Source: Octopus vulgaris (taxonomy: Eukaryota). Taken from it: a stretch of 64,000 nt of DNA. The notes beneath the pieces are model-generated. The model searched no databases. It saw nothing but the letters and a program-made list of their open reading frames with translations, and had not been told where the DNA came from. Below are positions 1 through 63,163 of the stretch, piece after piece (the first letter of the stretch is position 1; each line of letters opens with the position of its first letter). The position numbers and the translations under genes are program-made. The stretch covers positions 74,524,001-74,588,000 of the forward strand of contig OX597819.1 of NCBI GenBank assembly GCA_951406725.2. Reading direction: 5' to 3'.

Positions 1-127
1 TAACAAGTTGAGAAAGGGAACAGGTTTGTCTTTTTTGTTTTGTTTTGTTTTTTTCTTGTTTTCTCTTGAAATTTGTAACATTCTTCATTTTCTCCAACAA
101 GGAGTTGTGTCCAATAAAATGCCCTCA

Positions 128-49912
<49,785 letters not shown>

Positions 49913-52227
49913 CTACAAAAGAAAAGAAAATGAGTCATTATTATAAATATAAAAGAAAACAACGATGTTATAGGGAACAGCAGAAAGGGTCAGCGTTCCT
50001 GGCTTTTAGCCAGGAATTCAGGTTGAATTACAGTCACTGAGATACAAAGGGCTGTAGGATTGTTGGTTTACTTGTCATAGACTCAAATTTAGCCATTTCT
50101 AGCCCATCATAGATCAAGGTAATGTTAAGAGTGGAAGACCCAAAGAAGACTTAGTAAGATAAAATTTAAAAACCACTAAAGATTAAAGATTAAACACAAA
50201 TGTGAAGGCAGTATGACTAATAAATTATTTGTCTATTATCATCATCATCATTTAACATCTGTTTTCCATACAGGCATGGGTTGGACGGTTTGACAGGATC
50301 TGGCTGGTGGGTGCTAGGACTGCATTGGGCTCCAGTATCAACTTTGAAATGGTTTCCACAGCTGGATGCTTTTCCTAACACCAACCACTTTACAGTGTGG
50401 ACTGGGTGTTACTTGCAGGGCATCAGCAGTGTTGATGTTGTCATACAACTTACAAGACTCTGCATCCTGAAAGAAGCAAGTTTATGCTTAGAGATGAGAG
50501 AAAGGACCAGAGTAGAACAGGTTCGTTTGCAGTAGAGGTGCCATGTGGTTGCTCACACATTTTAGAAGTATTGGGGTGGAGTAGGGAAGAGATTAAAATA
50601 GCAGTGATGAGATGTCAGGGTGGATTCTCAATGCATGAGGTGAATGGAAATGAGTGGGGACAGAGAAACCAAGAGTGTGGGTGGGTGGATGGAGATTGCA
50701 TGAGTGTATGGAAGGGTGAGGGATGAGGAATGGATGAGGGGAGGGGTGAGTGTTATGAATGAAGAAGTTTTGAGGGATAAGAAGTGGGGAAGGTTGGGGG
50801 GTGACAACTGTAGAGATAGGGTAGGGTTGAAAGGTGAATGTAGGGGACAGTGAATAAGGGGTGGGGCAGATCAATGATGCTGCAGGGGGGGCTTAAGTGG
50901 GGCAGATGATACAGTAATGTTAAAGTTGGCAGGGGAGATAGGGAGAGAGACAGACAGAGAGGGAGAGGGAGAGAGAGGATTTTGATGCTGGAACAAATTT
51001 CGGTGTTTCTGAGCAAAGAAGTACCAGAATGTGTTTATGAGGGTGGGGTGGGGGACAAAAAGTAATTTTGTAGAAAACGAGTAAAACTTTTAATTAATGA
51101 TTAGAATTTAATTGCTGCAGTTAAAGACATAAGAGACAAAGGTTTAAGCAACCATTCTACCACCACAGTGCATGCATACACACACACATTAACGTATTGC
51201 ATGTAGCTGGCAGAATTGTTGGCACACCAGGCAAAATGCTTTGTGCATTTCATCTGCCTTTATGTTCTGAGTTCAAATTCCACCAAGGTCAACTTTGCCT
51301 TTCATCCTTTTGGGATCAATTAAATAAGTATCAGTTTTGCACTCGGGTCGATGCAATCAACTGAACTTCTCTCCCGAACCTGCATACCTTCAACCAGAAT
51401 TTGAAACCAATGTATTGTATGTATGTATGTATATATGTAGGTATGTATGTAGGTGTGTATGTAGGGGTGTGTGTATGAATGTATGTAGGTGTGTGTGTAT
51501 GTAGGTAGGTGTGTGCGTATGTATGTATGTATGTATGTATGTACGTATGTACATAAGCATGTATGTATGTGCATGTGTATGTATGTACGCATGTGTGTAC
51601 GTATATGTATGTATGCGTCTGTCTGTATGTATGTATATATGTATGTAATGCGTGTGTGTGTATTTAAGATGTGCACACCCACTTCATAAAAGATGTATTA
51701 CCCACCTCATAAAAGTTTTGCTCTTTATGTTTAGTCAAAATAAATCTTTGATCTTACATTAATCATGCACTTATCAATCACAATTCAACTGTCTGAGAGT
51801 CCACTCTTCCCCTGGATGGACACAACATTAATAATATCTACTCTTTATTGAACATCTCACATAGTGTTTAGAATTGAAGAATGAGACATCAAAAACTGTT
51901 CTCAGTCGATGATGGAGCAGACAGGTGAAAAGCTATGCAATGCCACTGAACAGATTCTCTGGCGATTCCAAAGAATTGACAAAATAGGAGCCATTTGCTG
52001 TTCGTAAAAGTTTCTGCCATTCACAACACTGCCCTAGAGTGAGTCTTTTAAAAAAATGAGAGAAAGAGCAGCTTATCACATCATCATCATCATCACTATC
52101 ATCACCACCCTCACTCAACATCAGTGATAACAACTGCAACAACACATCACAACATCTTTGGTAATTTCAACATCTGTTTGGTGCCAGCACTGAAAGTTAT
52201 GAAGTCTACAAATGCATCAATGTAAAC

Positions 52228-52524
52228 AAACAGTTCTCAACCATTTTTTGCTCTTGGATCCCTTTTCATTTCAATTTCACTCAGCTGGACCCACAGATCG
52301 ATTCGATGTTTTAAGAACACTATTAGACCTTTAAAATTAAATATTAGGAATTGCTTTTAAAAAATTATTAAAATATTTTGTGGATTGTCAAAGTATAACT
52401 ACATAAATTTATTGCATATAATTTTCAGCAACAAAATCTAATGTGGATCCCCAAAAGTTATATGGACCCCCCAAAGGTTATATGGAACCCCAAGGGTTAT
52501 ATGGACCCTGGTTGAAAACCACTG
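52228..52524. mobile_element. hAT/Charlie-like MITE
   Basis: GTTCTCAACC / GGTTGAAAACCACTG ends; subterminal ATATGGACCCC repeats; similar to 36463-36734. Confidence 0.65.
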
Positions 52525-53097
52525 ACTTAAACAATGCGATGAAAGACAGGAAAAAAAATATATAATATATATAATGGTTAGAGAGAGAAGAGGGGAGAAA
52601 GAGAGAGAGAAAGTGAGGGAGAGGGGGAATGTGGGAAAGGAAAGCTAATAAATACAAGCCGTGTGCCAGTCTACCTGGCAGTTGTCACCTCAGTGGCTTC
52701 ATTCAAGTTTGACTCAATCTAATTAATTACGCTGATAATTTTTTTTGTTGAAGTCAATTAATGAACAAAATACAGCGCAGTTAGTATTGTTGTAGTTATT
52801 TATTTATATTAGACTCAGACCACAACACACACACACACACGTACAAATGGAGTCTCTTTGCAGTCGTTCTACATGCAAGAAATAACAGGCAAATCTCTCA
52901 AAATCACATCACAGCGTCTGGGTATATAGGATGCGGCAGAAAAACCACCCATGATTTACACAGCCATTGCTGTGGCATGAGTAAAGTTAGGGCAAGGATA
53001 ATGGCATCTTACTGAAGCTAATGTTTTACCATTTCTCAAAGTGTCATTATGGTTTTTTTAACTTCTATATAAAATGTATTTATTGCAAAAATGCTAA

Positions 53098-53565
53098 TCA
53101 ATCATCATCATCATCATTGTTCGACCGTGGTCGAGACAATGGAATTTGCCATGCTACGCCAGACTTCACGGTCCATCATAGCATTATGGAGGTCCTGTTG
53201 CTGGATGCCTGTATCCCTGGAGATTACATCAGGGTAGGAGAGTGTGCGCCCTCTGGTATTGCGAGTAGATGGCTTCCAGAGAAGAGTAGAAATTGCCTCG
53301 TTTTCAGCTCTACAACAATGTCCAGCAAACTGGACTCTCCTACCTTTCACAAGAGATGACACAGGTGGTAGTTTCCCATATATTTGCATTTTGGTTGGAC
53401 GACGCTTCCACGAGAGATTTTGAGCTCTCATAAGGAGGCGAGTGTAGGTTCCATCCAACTGCCTCTCAAGCTTCTTTGATAATGTCCAGGTTTCTGAGCC
53501 ATATAGTCGAATTGGTTCGACTTAGATTTGATGACCAGATCTTATGCATGTCATTACAGGCTGAC
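53098..53565 (-). mobile_element. RTE-like LINE 3' fragment (distinct family)
   Basis: DGTYTRLLMRAQNLSWK..RRVQFAGHCCR..AMMDREVWRS..*, followed by (TGA)n; LYGSETW motif upstream. Confidence 0.85.
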
Positions 53566-53957
53566 TAGGTCATACCCTTTCTAGTTAGAATCAAGAATGG
53601 TGAATCTATGCTATTTTTTGCCACAATCTGTATCTGAATACCATTGATCATAGATTTGTTCAACATTTGAAGACCGAGGGCCAAGATGCAACAACAACAC
53701 AAGATAACATCAGAATATCTACATGTTGACTGATTTCCTAGAAATAACAGCCTGATCCCCGTCAAGCCATACCTTGTCAGCATTTTAATGACCACAAAGG
53801 TAGTGAACTGGTTATTTGATTACAGGTGAATCAGTCTGTCTTGTCTCAGATGACCTGGGGTTAAACACTGGCAACACTAAACAATAAACACTTTAGACAA
53901 ACAAATATCTTAAATGTTTGTTGTTTAGTACTGTCAGTAAAAAAAAAGTGTATATAA

Positions 53958-53993
<36 letters not shown>

Positions 53994-54011
53994 CACAGTA
54001 ATATATGTGTG

Positions 54012-54069
<58 letters not shown>

Positions 54070-54723
54070 GAGTAATATATGTGTATGCATGTATGTATGC
54101 GTGTGTGGATATATATATATATATATATATATCCACACACACACAAAGGTAATGTGAGCTGACAATGCATTATCAATAAGACATGGGCTGGGTGTATACA
54201 TACATGCACATTAGCTGGGTGAAGCTGAATTTATATATATATATATATATATACTGTAGTAGGTCACAGCTGCAGACAATAGCTGCAACTTTTGCCAGGC
54301 AACCAGCCAACCTGTTGATTTCAAGAAATGAAGTGTGTGTGTGTGTTTGTATGTGTGTGTGTGAGGGGGGACCCCTGGCTGGGAATGCAAAATGGTAAAA
54401 GAAAACCAGTTAATGTTAACCTGACATGACAACTGTTTTTTGTTTTTTTTAAGGAAGTTAAAAAAAAAAAAGGGTTTATTTCAAAATAGGATTTTTTGAG
54501 AAAGCTCCCTACCCATCACCACCATCCCCTTGGCCTTCGACTGACAAAAAAAAAAGAATATCCTGAAGGTGGAGGATGTGAGAATTGCCTTCTTGAAAAT
54601 ATGATTTAAGGAGATGTCTTCAGTGAAGACTTCCTTTAACCTTGCCAGAAAACTATTGTCGTCTTCTAACTCTATCTCTCAGTCATCACTACCACTGTGT
54701 GTGTGTGTGTTAGTGTGTATATG

Positions 54724-54957
54724 AAGGCAGCGAGCTTGTAGGATTGTTAGCACACCAGGCAAAATGCTTAACGGTATTTCGTCTGCTGCTCCATTCTGAG
54801 CTCAAATTCCGCTGAGGTTGACTTTGCCTTTCATCCTTTTGGGGTTGATTAAATAAGTACCAGTTGCTCACTGGGGTTGATGTAATCGACTTAGTCCCTT
54901 CGTCTGTCCTTGTTTGTTCCCTCTATGTTTAGCCCCTTGTGGGCAATAAAGAATTAA

Positions 54958-54958
<1 letters not shown>
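54724..54958 (+). mobile_element. tRNA-derived SINE (Meta-like family)
   Basis: AAGGCAGCGAGC..GACTTTGCCTTTCATCCTTTTGGGG..GGGCAATAAAGAA. Confidence 0.8.
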
Positions 54959-55010
<52 letters not shown>

Positions 55011-56879
55011 ATCACTATCATCATTTAACCTCTATTGTCCATGCTGGCATGGGTTTGGTGCTTTGACCAGGGCTGGCAAGGCTGGAAGGCTACACCAGAC
55101 TACAGTCTGTTTTGGTATGGTTTCTATGGTTGGATGCCCTTCCTAATGCCAACCACTCCAAGAGTGTATTAGGTGCTTTTACGTGCCACTGGCATGGGTG
55201 CCATTTGTATAACACCAGTATCTGCCACAACTGCGGTTTTACTTGACTTGATGGGTCTTCTTCTCAAGCACGGCACGATGCCAAATGAACTCAGCCATTG
55301 CCTCCATGAGGTCCAACACTTGTTTCATTTCATTTTTTTTCTTTTTTCTAGATAGATTTCAAGTCAAGTTTTCCATTTTAATGTTAAAAGTTTTTTTCTT
55401 TCTTTTTTCTCTTCTGTTAATTACAAAAAGTCATTAGTTTTTATTGCACCATTGCCAAAAACAAATCCAACAATATGTTTTTCTTTTTTCATTATTCACT
55501 AGTTTTCAGCAAGATATACTTTTGTTCACAAATTAATTGTTTTTATGTGTGTGTGTGTGTGTGTGTGCGCGTGTGTGTGTGTAATCTCATTATATATATA
55601 TATATATATCTTTACTTGTCTCAGTTCTTGAGCTGCAACCATACTAGGGCAAAGCCTTGAAGGATTCTAGTTGATCATATTGATCCAGCACTTACTCTCA
55701 AGTCTAATAATTATCTTAGCAATCTCTATTTGTTGAAGTGCTAAGTTATGAAGCATGAACACACACACACACACAATATAATGAGCTTTCATACAGTCTG
55801 CATCAACCAGTTTTACTCAAAGGGCTTTGGTCAACCTGAGCTTAAAGAAGACACTTGCCCAACAGCCCTCTGTTCTTTCACCGTTTCCATAGTTTCTTTC
55901 TGCTCTGGCAGTTAGCTAAATCAGGTTTTCAGTTCTATTTTTCAGGTACAGTTTTGACCTCTATTAATATCAGTCCTCTCCACCCTGCTCCTTCCATGGA
56001 AGGAATAACCTATCAACACTGTTTCTGGGATGTAATGACCTATACATGGACATTGTCTCTTTCTGGTTCTATGGCTTATGTCTCTTAATTCCTTCTTAGT
56101 CCAGTTCAGGAAAGCAGCAGAATATTGTATTAGTCACACCCCTCACAAATGCTTTTCTCTTCATTCACTTTTAAGTTTAGCACCTTCTCGCTCTCCTGAA
56201 ATATTCATTCCTCCCCTCCTCTCTCATTCCTTCTATCTACTTCCAATACACCTATGCATTTGTATTACTCACCTTCATTCATTGCTCAGATTAACCCAGC
56301 ACATCTGGGAGTTTAATCCCTTCTGACTTGGATATTTATCCTCTTCTTATTATTGGTACCACACATCTATTCTAAACTCCATGCCCATGTCATCACTCAC
56401 AACTCTAACAGTCAGGACCAATGAATCGAAAGTATTCTCACTTTTGGCAAATAATTTCAGGTCATCTCTAAACAGGAGGTGGTGCATTTCCTCACCACTG
56501 ATAAATTCATGGCATGATTAAGCCTCGCTCAAGGTCAATAGAAAAGGGGATCAGAACCACCACAAAGGATAGTGATGTGAGTGTATCACCTTGGAGTATT
56601 CCTCTTCATGTGCTGACCTCATCTAACATATCTTGAGCAGATGTTAGTTTAGTTTTTCCATTTTGGCATATTGTATTGTGAGAGCTAAACAACATCCTCT
56701 GCTCTCCCAAATATACTGAGGTGTTTTGGGATCCCTAAAGGGAAGGGATAGGTCAATAGTATCAACCCTAGTTCTTGACTTAGTACTTTATTTTATCAAC
56801 CCCACAAAGAATGAAAGGTGAAGTGAACCTTGGCAGAATTTGAACTCAGAACATAAAGAACTTCATCACCTTAATAATA

Positions 56880-56910
<31 letters not shown>

Positions 56911-56934
56911 CAATAATAATAATCCTTTCTATGG

Positions 56935-57355
56935 GAGGCACAAGGCCTCAAATTTGGGGGAAGGGATTAAGTCGATTACATCAACCCCAGTGCATAACTG
57001 GTACTTATTTAATCGACCCTGAAATGATGAAAAGCGAAGTCGATCTCGGTAGAATTTGAACTCAGAACGAAATACTGCTAAGCATTTCACCCAGCATGCT
57101 AATGATTCTGCCAACTCACCACCGCCTTAATAGTGATGATGATAATTTCAAATTTTGGCACAAAGCCAGTAATTTCAGAGGAGAGAATAAGTCAATTGCA
57201 TCGACCCCCAACATCCAGCTGGCACTTCTTTCTATTGACCCTGAAGAGATGCAAGGCAAAGTCAGCCACGATGGAATTTGAACTCAGAAAGTAACGATGG
57301 ATAAAATAAATTCCAAGCATTTTGTCCAGCATGCTAACAATTCTGCCAGCATGCC
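56935..57355 (-). mobile_element. Two tandem tRNA-derived SINEs (Meta-like family)
   Basis: Reverse copies ending CTGCCAACTCACCACCGCCTT and CTGCCAGC. Confidence 0.78.
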
Positions 57356-57408
57356 ACATGATGATGATGATGATGATGAAGACGATGACAAGTGTAGTAG
57401 TAGTAGTA

Positions 57409-57441
<33 letters not shown>

Positions 57442-58140
57442 TCAAGAGGGTTGAGAGCACTTGAAAGACTGTTGAAAACTTGTGGACACCTATCCTGAGG
57501 TTACAGGTAGTAACCCTACAGGTAGTAACCTAAATCCTACCAGGAACAAGACCAAACCTGAGCCAAACCAAAGTAATAATAATAATAGAGACATTGTATT
57601 TAAAAGAAAGCAAGCTAAGCTGTTTACAATTCTACATGCCCCCCCCCCCACACACACACACACACATTCACATCATGTTGATACTAATGAAATATTAGCA
57701 CCAAACGAAATAGGTTAAATTCCACTCCACAGATACAATGGTTGTGAGGATAAAATGCTGGAATAATGTTGGACATGTCAAATTCATTGCAACTCTTGAA
57801 GCAGCCACTGTGATGTGCTGCAAGGCAAGGTAAGTTGCTCTCCTTGCTCAAGCCTGCTTCACTGAAGGTGTGTGTCACTCCTATCCTTCTAATCAAGATA
57901 AAATGGTTTATAATTGAATATATATAACTATTATGTATAACTATTATGTATTACATATGTATAACCATTAATATATATATATAGCTATTATGTAGTTTAC
58001 TTCATATTTATTTTAATACCACTCACATATACACAGGTGTATATATATTACACACACACAAAATGCCTAAGGGCGTTTTAAAAGCAATTCATAATATTTA
58101 ATGTAATTAATACAATTCATTAAACATAATTTCTCTTATA

Positions 58141-58500
58141 TAAAGAAAGAACACAAAAGGCTTAAGGTTTCACTACAGCTGTTTCGGACATGTTTTTTTT
58201 TTATTATTTATGAATAATATGATTGCATCCTGAAAAAAGAAAAACTATTTTCTTCGGATTAATTAAAATTTAAAATTTGGCTCAGAGACAAAAATATGCA
58301 GATTTACTTTTTATTAGTTGCCAAAAAGAGAGGGACGATCCACATTCCACATCTTGATATTATTTTTCTCTGAACCAAATTTTAAATCACTTAAAGAAAA
58401 CATTTTTGTTTTTGCCATAATGTAATCATATCATTCATCAATAAAAAACATGTGTGAAACAGCTGTAGTGAAACCTTAACCAATTTCTGTTCTTTCTTTA
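58141..58500. repeat. Inverted repeat resembling a Penelope pLTR pair
   Basis: TTAAGGTTTCACTACAGCTGTTTC at about 58162 and GAAACAGCTGTAGTGAAACCTTAA at about 58456; inner arms also pair. Confidence 0.65.
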
Positions 58501-58888
58501 GGTAAACACCACACCCGAAACCTTCCCTATGTTGGATCTGGAAATCAGAGTGGATCGTGAAACTGGATGCCAGTGAGTAGTATGGGTATATAATTTCATA
58601 TACACATATGTCTATATGGATGTGTTTAGTGATGTGTTCATGTACATGTATACGTAAGTGTTTGGACATGCCCATATATGTATGGGTTTGTGCAGGCATT
58701 TGTACATGATATATACACGGATGGGTGGATCTCAACCTTCACTGGGTGTCCTTAATATGAAAATACCTTGAATCAAAATGAATCTAACAAATTATTAATT
58801 ACATATATACATATCTAAAGTCAGTGCCCCAGCATGGCCATAGTCAAATGACTGAAATAAGCAAAAGATAAAAAAATAAGTATATTTC

Positions 58889-59065
58889 TTAGGAAGTCAA
58901 AAGTTATGGCCAGTCACAGAGCAACCATTGGTTTCACACCTATAAATGCTTAGCAGTATAAGTGACAGCCATTTGAGTCTAACAAGTCTCCTATACTGCT
59001 GAGCACTTAATAAATGCGAAACTAATGGTCACTCTCTGACACGGCCATAACTTTTGACTGCCTAA
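58889..59065. repeat. Foldback palindrome (MITE-like)
   Basis: 17 bp perfect AGTCAAAAGTTATGGCC / GGCCATAACTTTTGACT; inner TGCTTAGCAGTATA / TATACTGCTGAGCA. Confidence 0.8.
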
Positions 59066-59667
59066 AAAACATGTTACTGCTCTGATGCTTAGAGTGTGCT
59101 TCATTTTTGGACATATGAACTTCTGACAAAATATATATATATAGCATTCACTATTTTCCTCTCATTCTGATCTAACAACCCTCCATCTTTGTTTTTGCTT
59201 GATTTCCTTGTATGTCTCCAATTTTAGAATTTATGGGAGCAACTGTCTTTGAAAACTCGTATTGTCGTTGAATGCTTGAAATGAAGTGTAGATAGACAGC
59301 CAGCAACTGATGAAGGGTCCTTTCTCTGAGTTTACTTGTCCTGTTTTCCATTTTTTACTTGTTTATGTATTCCATGTTATTTGCACCATTGGTGATGTCC
59401 TGTATCCATATATACATATGTGTGTGTATATATAAATATATATACACACACACACACACACATACATACAAATATATATGGACTACATAGCTTTGTGGAG
59501 ATAAATTCTGAAGTAAAATATATATAAATACATATTTTTTAAACAGAGACAGTTTAAATTTTTCTGTGCAAACTAAACAATGGTTACATCGCAGTATTTT
59601 TGTCCCTCCATTGCCAGAAGAAGTGTATCAACCTGATTCTAATTTCTAAACCAACCTGTAAACGCCT

Positions 59668-59699
<32 letters not shown>

Positions 59700-60102
59700 C
59701 CTTCTTCCCACAGAAACAGACAGACTGAGATAAGTATTTCAACTATTAGTGTGGAAAGTTATAAGTTGGAAAATAAGTTACAGTTAGTGGAGTTGTTGAA
59801 ACAGTATCATTGACTTCTGATTTCAGAGAGGTGGAAGATGAGAGGGAATGTAGCCAGGTGAGTTTTATTGTTGAGGATGTTTGTAACAGCATGAGACAGC
59901 CAAGTCAGACTGAGTTCACTGCTGAGTTCGCTGCTTGTATCTAAGTTCAATTCCTGCCAAGATTGACTTTGTTTTGTCAATCCTGAAAGGATAAAAAGCA
60001 GCAGAATATCAGTCAAGTACTGAAGTTGGCTGTATTGAACTAAACTTTCCCCACAAAATTTCAGGCCTTGTGCCTAAATTAGAAACATCATCATCATTAT
60101 TA

Positions 60103-60145
<43 letters not shown>

Positions 60146-60296
60146 TATTGAGTGAGAGAGCAAATTATGCCATCAAAGTGACACTGGGGTAAAATATACA
60201 AAGCCCAGAATGCCCATCATGACTACCCATCTGATAAGGGTACACCAGGCATATGCATTATTATTATCATCATCATCATCATGATTATTATTATTT

Positions 60297-60812
60297 ATGG
60301 CGGCTAGCTGGTAGAATCATTAGAACGGTGGACAAAATGCTTAGCGGTATTTCGCCCATCACTATGTTCTGAGTTCAAATTCCTCCAAGGTTGACTTTGC
60401 CTTTCATCCTTTTAGGGTTGATAAATTAAGTACCAGTGAAACACTGGAGCTGATATGATCGATTAGTCTGCTCCCCCTAAAATGGCTGTCCTTGTGGGTA
60501 TTTTTCGATGATATTATTATAATTATTATTATTATTATTATTATTATTATCATAATTATTATTATTACCATAATAATAATGATTATTATTATTAATGCAG
60601 GGAGCTTGCAGAATAGTTAGCATGTCAGACAAAATATTTAGCAGCATTTTGTCCATTTTTATGTTCCAAGTTCAAATTCTACCAAGTTCCAACTTTGTCT
60701 TTCATCCTTTTGGGGGTCAATAAAATAAAGCACCAGTCATGTACTGGAGTAGACGCAATCAACTTAACCCCTTCCATGAAAATTGCTGGCCTTGTGCTAA
60801 AATTCAAAATTA
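60297..60812 (+). mobile_element. Two tRNA-derived SINEs (Meta-like family) in an (ATT)n array
   Basis: GACTTTGCCTTTCATCC..AAGTACCAG-like domain occurs twice. Confidence 0.78.
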
Positions 60813-62059
60813 TTATGAGTTTGAGGAGGACTGAAATATTGCCAGTATTTTTTTCTTCTTCTTCTTCAGCTACTACTACCACCACCACCACCACCATCGC
60901 CGCTGCCACCGCCATTCTTTTTCTTTATTCCTTCCTTTTGTTCTCTTCATTTTCCATTGAGAAGGTCATGACATTGCTTCTGCAGGTGAGAGGTGTCAAC
61001 TGTCCCAAGCAGCCAATAATGGATTCAATACAAATTGAAACCTTAACCACAACAGAGGAAGCGGGTGGATGGGGGAGGGTTTATATTGATTACTAGAAAC
61101 AAGCAGTAATAAGGCAGTGGTGGTGGGTTAGGGTTAGGGTGGTGGTGAACCTTAGGTCAGACCAGACTTAGTGAAAGCATTCCATTTATGACCATACCAA
61201 CTATTTTAGGGGGTCAGTGTGACTACACAGAGATTCCAATGTCTTTTCCTGGGAAAATGTGGTTGTTATTTCTAGCACGTCAAGCAACCAGGTAGGGGTT
61301 TCGTATTTGTAGTGATGAGAGGTCAGAAAGAGACAGAAGAGGAGGAAATAAAACAGCACTGAATCGAGTTATTTGTTGTTTGATAAATATTGATCTGTAT
61401 TGGTGAAATATCTTCTGGTGGCGTGTAACAGATGCTTAACAGCTTCACCCGGGATTTTATAGCAGACACACACAAACACAAATATGCAGACACATACACA
61501 TTTACAAACATACACATTTACAAACACACACACACACATACATACAGACAGACATGTGAAAGGAGGACATAGACAACATGCAAACAGACACACACATTTA
61601 CAATGGTGCATCTGTGTGTGCATGTGTGTGTGTGTTTGTGTGTGCGTGTGTGTGTACAAATAAAAGTCATGTCTGCAGCTCTCTTTTTTTTTTTCTCTCC
61701 TTGTGTTCTTTTATTGCTTTTAGTCACTGAACTGTGGCCATGCTGGGGCACCATTACTTTTCAGGTCCATTTAACCAATTAACATTGATCCCAGCAGTTT
61801 CTCTAACCAACTACACACACACACACACACACACACATACACACACACACACGCACATGCACAACCAGACCCTGGCATGACATGCAGGTGTGACTGTGTG
61901 GTTAAGAAGCTAACTTTCCAGCCTCATGGTTTAGAGTTCAGTCCCACTGCACGGCACTTTGGGCAAAGCTTCTTCTTCTATAGCCCTAGGCTGACCAAAC
62001 CCTTATAAGCAGATATGATACACAGAAACTTAAACTCTTTATCGTTCAGATTACTCTGT

Positions 62060-62515
62060 CATCATCATCGTTTAACGTCCGTTTTCTATGCTGGCATGGG
62101 TTGGACGGTTCGACTGGAGCCTGGGAAGCCAGGAGGCTGTACAAGGCTCCAGTCTGATCTGGCAGTGTTTCTATAGCTGCCCTTCCTAATGCCAACCACT
62201 CCGAGAGTATAGTGGGTGCTTTTTACATGCCACCAGCACAGGGGGCAAGAGAAGCTGGCATCAACCATGATCAGATGGTGCTTTTTATGTGCCACTGGCA
62301 CAGAAGCCAGTCAAAGCGGCACTGGCATTGGCCACGTTCAGATGGTGCTACTGGCACGGGTATCACAACTACAATTTCCATTTGATTTTGATGTACTTGA
62401 CTCAATAGGTCTCCTCAAGCAAAGCATGTTGCCCTACGATCCAAGGTACTTTTGAGTGGGCTGGTTATGCGACACTGGTGTAGGTTACAGCTGTGGACTC
62501 ACTTTATTTGCCAGC
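62060..62515 (-). mobile_element. RTE LINE 3'UTR fragment
   Basis: Reverse complement of about 40440-40886. Confidence 0.8.
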
Positions 62516-62765
62516 CCTACCATCCAAGGATTAATCATGCATTATCTCGTAGCTTTCAGATGTTCAAGATGTGATTCTTCATTCTTAGAATGACATTGCA
62601 GGATATGTGCGAGAGGCCAAATCTGGTCAGTTTGAACATAAAACTAGAATATTTGAGCTGGATATGGCCGGTTTAAAAGCTAAAAGCTTAAAGAAGCCTA
62701 CCATATACATATTCTTTTATTTTTTTTAGATATATGCATTTGTGTGTGTGTGTGTACATGCGTGT

Positions 62766-62799
<34 letters not shown>

Positions 62800-63132
62800 T
62801 ATTGATGTGTATTTAAAGGGAGGAGCAACCAACCGACCAGCCAACCAGCCAGCCTCCCAGCTAACTAAACCTCTCCCTCCCCCCGCCAATCATCCAGTAG
62901 CCGGAAAAAAAAAGGCCCTGCTTGCCATGTCTGTCCGTCAGTCCGCCTGCCTTGTCAGTCCGTCAGTCCGTCAGTCTGCTCGACCCAAACATCAACATGT
63001 TGCTGCCTGCCACTCACTGAAATGATAAACATATTTCTCTCTCTGCCAATAAAGACCAGCTTTTATCTTCTTCCTTTTATCAGAGTTGCCAACCAAGCAA
63101 CCTCCTCCTCTCCCCCACCACCACCACTTCCT

Positions 63133-63163
<31 letters not shown>

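Noticed and set aside
59247-59320. CTGATGA preceded by GAAA (permuted hammerhead-like layout)
   Set aside because: Stem I register and cleavage triplet do not fit in this copy; a family consensus would be needed.
62820-63110. Possible first exon or promoter (GTGAGT donor at 63017, CCAAT motifs)
   Set aside because: No in-frame ATG compatible with the phase-1 start of the 49912 exon, and no independent support.
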